64,000 nt of DNA from Actinomycetota bacterium (GTDB lineage Bacteria; Actinomycetota; Actinomycetes; S36-B12; UBA5976), in assembly GCA_009698575.1 (NCBI GenBank), contig WLPX01000001.1, forward strand, positions 392,747-456,746. The letters are read 5' to 3'. Shown piece after piece: positions 54,110 through 62,507 of this stretch. The translations under genes were made by a program, and so were the position numbers. How positions within the stretch are numbered: the first letter of the stretch is position 1; each line of letters opens with the position of its first letter. The notes below the pieces were generated by a model, which saw only the letters and a program-made list of their open reading frames with translations, was not told the origin of the DNA and ran no database searches.

Positions 54110-54598
54110 ATGGCAACAGCAAATTCAATTTACGATCTGGAATTCACAAATAATCTTGGTGATAAAGTTTCGCTTTCAGATTATGCAGGTAAACCAATTT
54201 TGGTTGTGAATACGGCCAGCAAGTGTGGATTCACGCCGCAGTACGAAGGTCTGCAAAAACTACATGAAGAGTTTCGGGAACAAGGATTAATCGTCCTTGG
54301 ATTTCCATGTGATCAGTTTGCCCATCAAGAACCAGGCAATGATCAAGAGATTGATGAATTTTGCAAAGTAAATTTCGGTGTAGATTTCCCAATGTCTCAA
54401 AAGGTAAATGTTAACGGCAAAGAGGCCCACCCAGTTTTCCAGTTTCTTAAAAGCCATTCCAAGGGCCTACTTGGCGGTGCCATCAAATGGAATTTCACTA
54501 AATTCTTAATTGCACCAGATGGCCAGACCATTAAGCGCTTTGCGCCAAGTACCACGCCAGATGAAATTCGCTCTGACATCAAGTCCCTGATCTCGTAG
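54110..54598 (+). CDS. glutathione peroxidase-family thiol peroxidase (Cys type)
   Basis: 162 aa. Motifs: VNTASKCGFTPQY (Cys encoded by TGT, not Sec), LGFPCDQF, and WNFTKFL. Confidence 0.93.
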   Translation: MATANSIYDLEFTNNLGDKVSLSDYAGKPILVVNTASKCGFTPQYEGLQKLHEEFREQGLIVLGFPCDQFAHQEPGNDQEIDEFCKVNFGVDFPMSQKVNVNGKEAHPVFQFLKSHSKGLLGGAIKWNFTKFLIAPDGQTIKRFAPSTTPDEIRSDIKSLIS

Positions 54599-54624
54599 CA
54601 GCGCTTTCGCTCTACGCTAGAGCA

Positions 54625-56322
54625 GTGAGTATTAATGCAGATTTATCTGCTCAAGTTAATAGTTGGTTAGCGCAGGATCCAGATCCGATAACGCGCACCG
54701 AACTTGAGACTCTGTTTTCTGCAGCGCAAACCGATAGTGATGCAGCAACTTGGTTAGCTGATGCATTTTCCGCTCCGCTTGAATTTGGAACTGCTGGACT
54801 TCGCGGCCCGCTCGGCGCCGGTCCAAACCGCATGAATCGTGTCACAGTCCTGCAAGCCGCGGCTGGGCTATCGAATTATTTATTAGCACACGGTTTTGCT
54901 GGCAAACCAGTAGTGATCGGATTCGATGCCAGATATAACAGTGAAGTTTTTGCGCAAGACACCGCAGCAGTTATGGCAGGTGCTGGGCTAAAACCAAAAC
55001 TATTTAGCCACGTAGTTCCGACTCCGGTATTGGCTTTTGCGATTAGACACCAAAATGCTTGTGCCGGGGTAATGGTTACTGCGAGCCATAACCCACCACA
55101 GGACAACGGGTACAAGGTGTATTTGGGTGATGGCAGACAAATTGTTTCGCCAGATGATACGGAAATTTCGAAATACATTAAGGCAGTCAAAGATGTGCGA
55201 ATACTTCCGCAAAGTTTAGAAATTGAAATCCTTAGTTTGCAAGTAATAAAAGACTATGTTTCAGCCACTTCAGAGTTGATTGCCGCAGGCCCAACACGGC
55301 AACAGCAGCGACAAGACGTAACTTCGGTGTACACCGCTATGCACGGTGTCGGTTGGGAAACTTTTGATTCGGTAATTACGACAGCGGGATTTGCACAGTC
55401 GATTGCGGTTCCAGAACAGCGGGATCCAGACCCAGCGTTTCCTACAGTGGCTTTTCCTAATCCAGAAGAAAAAGGGGCCCTCGATTTAGCTTTTGATCTT
55501 GCAGCTAAAAAACAAGTTGATGTTTTGCTGGCAAATGATCCGGATGCAGATCGACTTGCTGTGGCATTACCAACTGCAACTGGCTGGAAAGCTCTGCGCG
55601 GTGATCAAATCGGCGTGCTCCTAGGTTGGTGGCTAATAGAGCGACAACTAATGGCAAATCAGAAATTAACTGGGACGTTTGCGAATTCAATAGTTTCCTC
55701 AATGCTGCTAGAGCCAATTGCTAAAGCGGCTGGATTGAATTACGAAAATACTTTGACTGGATTCAAATGGGTGTCACGTGTTGAAAACTTGGTGTTTGGT
55801 TATGAAGAGGCTTTGGGATATTGCGTCGACCCAAATAATGTCAGCGATAAGGATGGAATTTCTGGAGCTTTAGTTTTTCTGGAAATGGTTTCTGAATTAA
55901 AACACCGAAACCAAACCGCATGGGAAGTATTAGAGCAGCTGGCTTTGACGTATGGACTGCACGTTACCGATCAAGTCTCAGTTCGTGTTACTGACTTGGC
56001 TCAAGTTGACACCGTGATGACTGCGTTACGTACCAATCCACCAAAACTCCTGGGCAATCTTGCAGTGGCAAAAATTGATGATTTAGCAACTGGGTTTGGA
56101 ACATTACCTATAGCTGATGCAGTCGTCATTCACTTATCGGGCAAGGGCGAGATAGCTAAAGCACGCGTAATTATCAGGCCTAGTGGCACCGAACCAAAAA
56201 TCAAGTGCTATCTCGAGGTTGTTGTTAACAGTGACGATTTAGCAATTGCGCAACTGAGCGCGGATAATGAATTACAGGCACTTGCAAGGGATGCAGCGCC
56301 CCTGCTCGAAGGAGGCAAGTGA
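54625..56322 (+). CDS. phosphohexomutase-superfamily phospho-sugar mutase (PmmB-like, likely phosphopentomutase role)
   Basis: 565 aa with a GTG start. Active-site loop TASHNPPQDNGYK and metal loop ANDPDADR. It overlaps deoC by 4 nt and resembles the actinobacterial pmmB associated with nucleoside catabolism. Confidence 0.85.
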   Translation: MSINADLSAQVNSWLAQDPDPITRTELETLFSAAQTDSDAATWLADAFSAPLEFGTAGLRGPLGAGPNRMNRVTVLQAAAGLSNYLLAHGFAGKPVVIGFDARYNSEVFAQDTAAVMAGAGLKPKLFSHVVPTPVLAFAIRHQNACAGVMVTASHNPPQDNGYKVYLGDGRQIVSPDDTEISKYIKAVKDVRILPQSLEIEILSLQVIKDYVSATSELIAAGPTRQQQRQDVTSVYTAMHGVGWETFDSVITTAGFAQSIAVPEQRDPDPAFPTVAFPNPEEKGALDLAFDLAAKKQVDVLLANDPDADRLAVALPTATGWKALRGDQIGVLLGWWLIERQLMANQKLTGTFANSIVSSMLLEPIAKAAGLNYENTLTGFKWVSRVENLVFGYEEALGYCVDPNNVSDKDGISGALVFLEMVSELKHRNQTAWEVLEQLALTYGLHVTDQVSVRVTDLAQVDTVMTALRTNPPKLLGNLAVAKIDDLATGFGTLPIADAVVIHLSGKGEIAKARVIIRPSGTEPKIKCYLEVVVNSDDLAIAQLSADNELQALARDAAPLLEGGK

Positions 56323-56993
56323 TGGATCGGTCAGCATTAGCGAAAATGATTGATCACACATTGCTAAAACCCGAAGCAACTGTCACCGAGGTAATTGCAC
56401 TTTGCGCAGAAGCTGCAGAACTTGGAACTTATACAGTTTGTGTTTCCCCGACATTTGTGACAACGGCACTAGAACACGTTACAAACGGGGTAAAAGTGGC
56501 AACTGTGTGCGGATTTCCAAGCGGCAAGCATGAATCCCAAATCAAAGCGGCTGGAGCAAAACTTTCTGTAACTCAAGGCGCACATGAAGTCGACATGGTG
56601 ATTGATGTTGGTCGCGCAGTAATGAGTGACTGGGATTACCTAGAAACAGAAGTAGCAGCAGTTAGAGCTGCCACGAGTGGCGCATTACTAAAAGTAATTC
56701 TTGAAACCGCTGCCCTAACTGATGAACAGATTGCAAAAGCCTGCATCAGATGTGAGTCAGCCGGGGCAGATTTTGTTAAGACTTCGACTGGATTTCATCC
56801 AGCTGGGGGAGCCGATGTTCGAGCGATAAAAATAATGCACGAGACTGTTGGTGGTCGACTTGGCGTAAAAGCCTCGGGTGGCATTCGAACTATTGAATTT
56901 GCCAATGAATTACTTGCCGCAGGTGCTACGCGCTTTGGGCTATCAAGTTCTCGAGCCATCCTTGATGGAATAGCAGCAACTGGAAGTTATTAA
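56319..56993 (+). CDS. deoC: deoxyribose-phosphate aldolase
   Basis: 224 aa. Contains [11 protein letters not shown], the Schiff-base lysine context DFVKTSTGF, and KASGGIR. Confidence 0.94.
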   Translation: MMDRSALAKMIDHTLLKPEATVTEVIALCAEAAELGTYTVCVSPTFVTTALEHVTNGVKVATVCGFPSGKHESQIKAAGAKLSVTQGAHEVDMVIDVGRAVMSDWDYLETEVAAVRAATSGALLKVILETAALTDEQIAKACIRCESAGADFVKTSTGFHPAGGADVRAIKIMHETVGGRLGVKASGGIRTIEFANELLAAGATRFGLSSSRAILDGIAATGSY

Positions 56994-58078
56994 GATCCAA
57001 CTTGTTCGCGTAGCCGGGCGTAGCCTGGCTTTACAATTTGATTAATGATGTCTAGCCGTTCATCAAATGGCAGGAATGAACTCTTCATGCCGTTGACTGT
57101 TAACCATTCCAAATCTCGCAAGGTGTAATCAAAAGCTTCAACTAGCGAAGTCATCTCAGCGGACATGGACGTATTCGACATCAATCGATTGTCAGTATTT
57201 AGTGTTACTCGAAAATTCAACTTACGAAGCAGTCCAATTGGATGTTCTGCGATGCTGGCAGCAGCGCCGGTATCAACATTTGATTTAGGACACAACTCAA
57301 GTGGAATGCGACGATCTCTTACGTAAGCCGCTAAGTCGCCGAGTGTGACTGTGCCATCTGCATTCTTAGTAATGTCATCGATAATTCTTACGCCGTGGCC
57401 CAATCTTTCAGTGCCACAAAACTGGATGGCTTCCCAAATACTCTTTAGCCCAAATGCTTCACCGGCATGGATGGTGAAGTGAGCATTGTTACGTTGCAGA
57501 TATTGGAAAGCCTCGAGATGTTCTGTCGGAGGGTATCCAGCCTCTTTGCCAGCAATATCGAAACCAACTACGCCACGATCGCGGTATTCCACAACTAACT
57601 TTGCGATTTCGAGTGAAACATCTGCCATGCGCATCGCAGTTAGTAATGTGCCGATTCGAATTGGATTTCCAGCTGCAGCTGCAGCGGCTTCACCTTGCTT
57701 GAATCCCAGCAGCACGTTATCGATTACTTCGCGGTAACTTAAGCCTTTTGCAGTATGAAGTTCTGGCGCAAATCGAATCTCGGCATAGACAACGCCGTCT
57801 GCGGCCAAGTCTTGCGCACATTCACTTGCAACGCGTTGCAAAGCATCAGGAGTTTGCATCACACCAACGGTGTGCGCGAAAGTTTCTAAATAGATTTCTA
57901 GTGACCCTTGGACTGCAGTGTGAAACCAGTTGGTAAGTTCTGGTTCAGTATCAAGCGGTAATGCGGTGTAACCATGTTGTTTTGCTAAATCCAAAATAGT
58001 GCTAACTCGTAGCCCACCGTCTAAGTGGTCATGTAGCACAACTTTAGGAACAGCCTTGATCACTGCTGGTGAAATCAT
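56990..58078 (-). CDS. add: adenosine deaminase
   Basis: 362 aa. Motifs: [24 protein letters not shown] and TLNTDN. Confidence 0.94.
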   Translation of the reverse strand: MISPAVIKAVPKVVLHDHLDGGLRVSTILDLAKQHGYTALPLDTEPELTNWFHTAVQGSLEIYLETFAHTVGVMQTPDALQRVASECAQDLAADGVVYAEIRFAPELHTAKGLSYREVIDNVLLGFKQGEAAAAAAGNPIRIGTLLTAMRMADVSLEIAKLVVEYRDRGVVGFDIAGKEAGYPPTEHLEAFQYLQRNNAHFTIHAGEAFGLKSIWEAIQFCGTERLGHGVRIIDDITKNADGTVTLGDLAAYVRDRRIPLELCPKSNVDTGAAASIAEHPIGLLRKLNFRVTLNTDNRLMSNTSMSAEMTSLVEAFDYTLRDLEWLTVNGMKSSFLPFDERLDIINQIVKPGYARLREQVGS

Positions 58079-58431
58079 GATTCGTCATCTCGATTTACTA
58101 GGTCAGGAGAAAATGCGGGCAAGCAGACTGCAACATAGTGGGCATCTTCCCGAGTTAAATAGCGAACAGTTTCGCCAGCTCGAGTAATTATGGCTTGGCC
58201 GGCACCAACAGTCGTTGTTTTACCGTCATGTTCAACGTCAATTGAACCCGTAATCACAATCGTGAACTCATCAAATGCCGGAGTTTGCTCTGGCTCGGAC
58301 CAACCAGCCGGTGCATGAATGACAGCAATCGAAACATCGTCATCACCAGTTTTAACACGACCGACATACTCGGCAATAGATTTTCCACCGGGGACCGGGA
58401 TCATGGTTGGTTCGCTAATTAATTCAGGCAT
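58075..58431 (-). CDS. cupin-domain protein
   Basis: 118 aa small beta-barrel-type sequence ([38 protein letters not shown]). ATGA overlap with add. Confidence 0.6.
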   Translation of the reverse strand: MPELISEPTMIPVPGGKSIAEYVGRVKTGDDDVSIAVIHAPAGWSEPEQTPAFDEFTIVITGSIDVEHDGKTTTVGAGQAIITRAGETVRYLTREDAHYVAVCLPAFSPDLVNRDDES

Positions 58432-58468
58432 GTATTCAGACTACCTGTATTCAGCCACTGCTAATAAA

Positions 58469-59764
58469 TTACAAAACGCGATCAATAATTAATGGTAACC
58501 GTTGCGAAATTTCAGATTCGCTCCCGATTTCGTAACCTGTTGTTAAGACTTCCAACGCAGATGCAAAGCGAGTTGATTCGTCAGTATGCAGCGTAAACAA
58601 TTTTTGGCCAGCAACTACAGACTCACCATGGCCAACATGCCATTGAATACCCGCGCCAAATTGCACGGCGTCCTCTTTTCGCGCTCGACCTGCACCCAAC
58701 CGCCAACTAGCCATGCCAACAGCGAGGGCGTCAAGGCGTGTTAAGTAACCATCCGATGTTGCAAGAACTTCATGTGTCTCACGCGCAGTTGGAAGAGCAG
58801 CAGCCGGGTCGCCACCCTGCGCCGAAATCATGGCCCGCCAAATATCCATAGCTGAACCATCTTGTAGTGCCACAGCTGGATCTTTAGTATTGCTCGCACC
58901 AGCTGCTTCAAGCATTTCGCGTGCCAAAGTAATAGTGAGCTCAACGACATCAGCGGGGCCACCACCGGACAAGACATCTATGGACTCTTGAACTTCGAGC
59001 GCATTTCCGGCGGTGCGACCAAGCGGAACATCCATTGCAGTGAGAAGTGCACGAGTAGTTACGCCCGCATCATTACCTATGCCCACCATGGTTGTTGCTA
59101 ACTCGCGTGCTTGTTCCACAGTTTTCATGAAAGCACCAGAACCAACTTTTACGTCTAGTACCAGGGCTCCGGTACCTTCGGCAATTTTCTTACTCATGAT
59201 CGAAGCTGAAATTAGCGGAATAGATTCAACAGTTGCAGTCACGTCGCGCAGTGCATAAATGCGTCTATCTGCTGGAGCTAAAGTTTGACTAGCGGCGCAA
59301 ATTACCGCGCCTGTTTTTTGTAACACTTCAAACATTTCGGTATTTGAAAGATTTGCACGCCAACCTGGAATTGATTCGAGTTTGTCTAGTGTGCCACCGG
59401 TATGACCTAATCCTCGACCAGAAAGTTGTGGCACGCTAACACCACAAGCAGCAACTAATGGCGCAAGCGGTAACGTAATTTTGTCACCGACACCGCCAGT
59501 GGAATGTTTATCTGCTGTTGGCCGGCCTAATGCTGACCAATCCATAGTTTCGCCGGAGTCAATGTAGGCCTTAGTCCAGCGCACAATTTCGCGCCGATTC
59601 ATACCATTTAACAAAATTGCCATCGCCATCGCGGACATTTGTTCTTCGGCAATTACATTGCGAACGTAAGCATCAACAAACCAATCAATTTGTGGATCAG
59701 TGAGTTCGTGACGATCGCGCTTAGCGGCGATGATGTCTACGGCTGCGTAAGGCTCGGGGCTCAT
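58469..59764 (-). CDS. deoA: thymidine/pyrimidine-nucleoside phosphorylase
   Basis: 431 aa. Motifs: DKHSTGGVGDK, SGRGLGHTGGTLDKLE, and LSASIMSKK-like SASIMSKKIAEG. Confidence 0.94.
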   Translation of the reverse strand: MSPEPYAAVDIIAAKRDRHELTDPQIDWFVDAYVRNVIAEEQMSAMAMAILLNGMNRREIVRWTKAYIDSGETMDWSALGRPTADKHSTGGVGDKITLPLAPLVAACGVSVPQLSGRGLGHTGGTLDKLESIPGWRANLSNTEMFEVLQKTGAVICAASQTLAPADRRIYALRDVTATVESIPLISASIMSKKIAEGTGALVLDVKVGSGAFMKTVEQARELATTMVGIGNDAGVTTRALLTAMDVPLGRTAGNALEVQESIDVLSGGGPADVVELTITLAREMLEAAGASNTKDPAVALQDGSAMDIWRAMISAQGGDPAAALPTARETHEVLATSDGYLTRLDALAVGMASWRLGAGRARKEDAVQFGAGIQWHVGHGESVVAGQKLFTLHTDESTRFASALEVLTTGYEIGSESEISQRLPLIIDRVL

Positions 59765-59815
59765 TGCGACTTAAGTTTCACTCGGGGAAGTGTCATACCT
59801 GTAAGGCTAATGCGT

Positions 59816-60211
59816 TTAAAGCCGATCCGTTAAATCATTTGCACCAAAGGCATCCGGCAAGATTTCAGTCATTGATTTAATCCCAGAAACTGAATCTAAT
59901 AAGCAGTTTGGTCCGCCGTGCTCCCAAAGCAATTGTCGGCACCGGCCACACGGCATTAAGGCATTACCGTGGCGATCAACGCAAGCAACTGCAATTAATT
60001 TGCCGCCGCCTGAACTAATCAAACTGGAAATGAGTCCGCACTCAGCACACAGTGCTACACCGTAAGATGCGTTTTCAACATTGCAACCAGTCACGATTCG
60101 GCCATCATCAACTAGACCAGCAACACCAACTGGAAAGTTTGAATATGGAGCATATGCCTTTGACATTGCAACACTGGCCGTAGCGCGAAGTTCATCCCAA
60201 TTAATTTCCAT
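59816..60211 (-). CDS. cdd: cytidine deaminase
   Basis: 131 aa with zinc ligands in CAECG and PCGRCRQ. Confidence 0.94.
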   Translation of the reverse strand: MEINWDELRATASVAMSKAYAPYSNFPVGVAGLVDDGRIVTGCNVENASYGVALCAECGLISSLISSGGGKLIAVACVDRHGNALMPCGRCRQLLWEHGGPNCLLDSVSGIKSMTEILPDAFGANDLTDRL

Positions 60212-61425
60212 TAGTGATGATCTCCCTTGCGATACGGAACGCCGTCAGCTGCGGGCGGCCTTAGATTTTGCGATGCAGTAGCAAGTACGAGCAACGTGGT
60301 TATGTAAGGCGCAACCTGGGCGACTTCAGGTGGGAATGAGGTAGCTGAGAAGTACGCGCCAATCATTACTGATCCAAGAACCAAGAAACCGATTGCAGAG
60401 TTACGCTTGGCCTTTCGAAGCATGATTCCACCGATTGCAAACAAGATAATTGCACCGAGCAAAATCAAACCCTTGACATTTTGATTTCCAGTATCAATTA
60501 GTCGCAAGGTATCGATGTAACCAAACATGATTGCGCCAGCTGCAGTGCCGCCCGGCCGCCAGTCACCAAAGATCATGGTTGCCAAACCAATGAAGCCTCG
60601 ACCGGCTGTGTTGCCATTTCGGTAGATCGTTGATGCGATCGATAAATATGCGCCACCGAGTCCAGCAAGCATGCCCGAGAACACAACTGCTGCGTACTTG
60701 TATTGCACAACTTTCACACCAAGTGAATCCGCGGCCCATGGATTTTCACCAGCGCTGCGTAGTCGCAATCCAAATGCAGTTTTCCAAAGTAAGTAACTGG
60801 TCATTACAAACAACAGGAATGTAATGATCGTCAGCAGTGAAAGGTGGTAGAACAAACCTGCAACTAATCCTGCGAGATCACTTACGAAGAAAATGCCTTT
60901 TTCGTGTAGTGCAGTAAGTGGCTCCACAATTGATTCAAGTGTGAAAGTTGGAATGTCACCCTTGATAGGTGGCGACTGTGCTTGACCACCACCAGGTGCG
61001 TCAGTGAACAACAAGATTGCTAAAAACTTAGTCAGACCAAGTGCCAAGAGATTAATTGCAGTTCCAGCAATAATTTGGTCGACTCCGAAGGTGACTGCGG
61101 CAACCGCAAGCAGCAGGCCGCCTATTGCACCAAAGGCAACTCCAGCTAATACTCCAGCCCAGACTCCCCATTGCCAGCCAGCCCAGCCAGCACCAAAAGT
61201 GCCAAGGATCATCATGCCTTCTAGACCAATGTTGATTACGCCAGCGCGCTCTGCCCAAATTCCCGCAAGACCGGCAAGTGCAATTGGAGATGCAAAAACC
61301 AATGCCTGGGCGATAGTGACAGTGCTTGTTAAATCACCGTTGCCGGTAATAGTTCGCGTAATAGAAAGTATGGTGATAGCAGTAAATGCGGCTCCGATAA
61401 ACCGACGAGACTTTAAGTACGTCAT
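60211..61425 (-). CDS. ABC transporter permease (BMP/nucleoside uptake type)
   Basis: 404 aa polytopic membrane protein, second permease of a two-permease, tandem-ATPase importer. It overlaps both neighbours (1 nt with cdd, 4 nt with the upstream permease). Confidence 0.85.
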   Translation of the reverse strand: MTYLKSRRFIGAAFTAITILSITRTITGNGDLTSTVTIAQALVFASPIALAGLAGIWAERAGVINIGLEGMMILGTFGAGWAGWQWGVWAGVLAGVAFGAIGGLLLAVAAVTFGVDQIIAGTAINLLALGLTKFLAILLFTDAPGGGQAQSPPIKGDIPTFTLESIVEPLTALHEKGIFFVSDLAGLVAGLFYHLSLLTIITFLLFVMTSYLLWKTAFGLRLRSAGENPWAADSLGVKVVQYKYAAVVFSGMLAGLGGAYLSIASTIYRNGNTAGRGFIGLATMIFGDWRPGGTAAGAIMFGYIDTLRLIDTGNQNVKGLILLGAIILFAIGGIMLRKAKRNSAIGFLVLGSVMIGAYFSATSFPPEVAQVAPYITTLLVLATASQNLRPPAADGVPYRKGDHH

Positions 61426-62507
61426 ACTTTTGCCTCCTGCTTTGTTAGCGCCTTTGCGACACTTGTTTGTTCGCTCTTAACTTGATTACGCCGCACAATT
61501 TCATACGAGATAACAACGACAATCACAATCAATCCCTGCATAATCGTGGAAATTTCTCGCGGTACGCCTTCCAAAATTAATTGACCACTTGAGATATCTA
61601 GGAAAGCCCAAAGGATCGCACCAAGTGCAATGCCGAGTGGATTGTTTCTACCAAGCAACGCAATCGCGATTCCAGTGAAACCCCAGTCAGTTGGGAACTG
61701 CAAACTATAAGTTCCGGTTTCGCCAAGTAAGTATGGCAATCCAACCAAGCCAGCTACGGCACCTGAGAGCAACATAGTGACGATGATCATTCGATTAGAT
61801 TGCACGCCGCTAGTACGCGCAGCCGTTGCTGATTTACCAGTTGCGCGGAGATCAAAACCAAAGCGCGTGCGATTTAGCAAGAACCAGTATGCAATGCCGA
61901 TGACTATCGAGATGAAGAAGAATCCATAAATCGGGGTACCAGGATCAAGCAATGCAACGCCGCGAAGCATTCCTGATTCTGGAATCAATTTCGTACCGCG
62001 AACATTCAAACTAGTTTCCGTACCGACACTGGTGCGAACTATTATGTAACTGATAATTCCAATGGCAATAAAGTTCAACATGATGGTAGATATAACTTCA
62101 CTCACGCCGCGGGCAACTTTGAGCCAAGCTGCAATGCCAGCCCATGCTGCGCCAACCACCATGGCTACCAAAAGTGTGATTGTTAGCGAAGCAATAGTTG
62201 GCAGCGTTAAGTTACTAGCTACTACAGCTCCGGCAAGTGCGCCAAGTACATACTGACCATTAACCCCGATGTTAAACAGATTCATTTTGAAACCAATTGA
62301 AACTGCTAGCGCACTCAAGAAATAAGTTGTCGCAAGATTTAACATCAACGACATGGCACGCGGTGAAGTACCGTAATTCCACATTGAAGAAAATACGGTC
62401 GAGACGCTAGCGCCGATCACAATAAGAATTACTGCAGTTGCTGCAAGTGAAATAAATAATCCAATTGCCGGAGCAAGCAGACTCGTTCCGATTCTGCGCA
62501 GATTCAT
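61422..62507 (-). CDS. ABC transporter permease (BMP/nucleoside uptake type)
   Basis: 361 aa polytopic membrane protein. 1-nt overlap with the upstream ATPase gene. Confidence 0.85.
   Translation of the reverse strand: MNLRRIGTSLLAPAIGLFISLAATAVILIVIGASVSTVFSSMWNYGTSPRAMSLMLNLATTYFLSALAVSIGFKMNLFNIGVNGQYVLGALAGAVVASNLTLPTIASLTITLLVAMVVGAAWAGIAAWLKVARGVSEVISTIMLNFIAIGIISYIIVRTSVGTETSLNVRGTKLIPESGMLRGVALLDPGTPIYGFFFISIVIGIAYWFLLNRTRFGFDLRATGKSATAARTSGVQSNRMIIVTMLLSGAVAGLVGLPYLLGETGTYSLQFPTDWGFTGIAIALLGRNNPLGIALGAILWAFLDISSGQLILEGVPREISTIMQGLIVIVVVISYEIVRRNQVKSEQTSVAKALTKQEAKV

Noticed and set aside
54110-54598. Possible selenocysteine recoding in the glutathione peroxidase
   Set aside because: The active-site residue is encoded by TGT (Cys) in ASKCGFTPQY. 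There is no in-frame TGA and no SECIS-like hairpin.
57670-57685. Palindromic run CAGCTGCAGCTGCAGC
   Set aside because: It lies inside add and simply encodes an Ala run (AAAAA) on the minus strand. It is low-complexity coding sequence, not a regulatory repeat.
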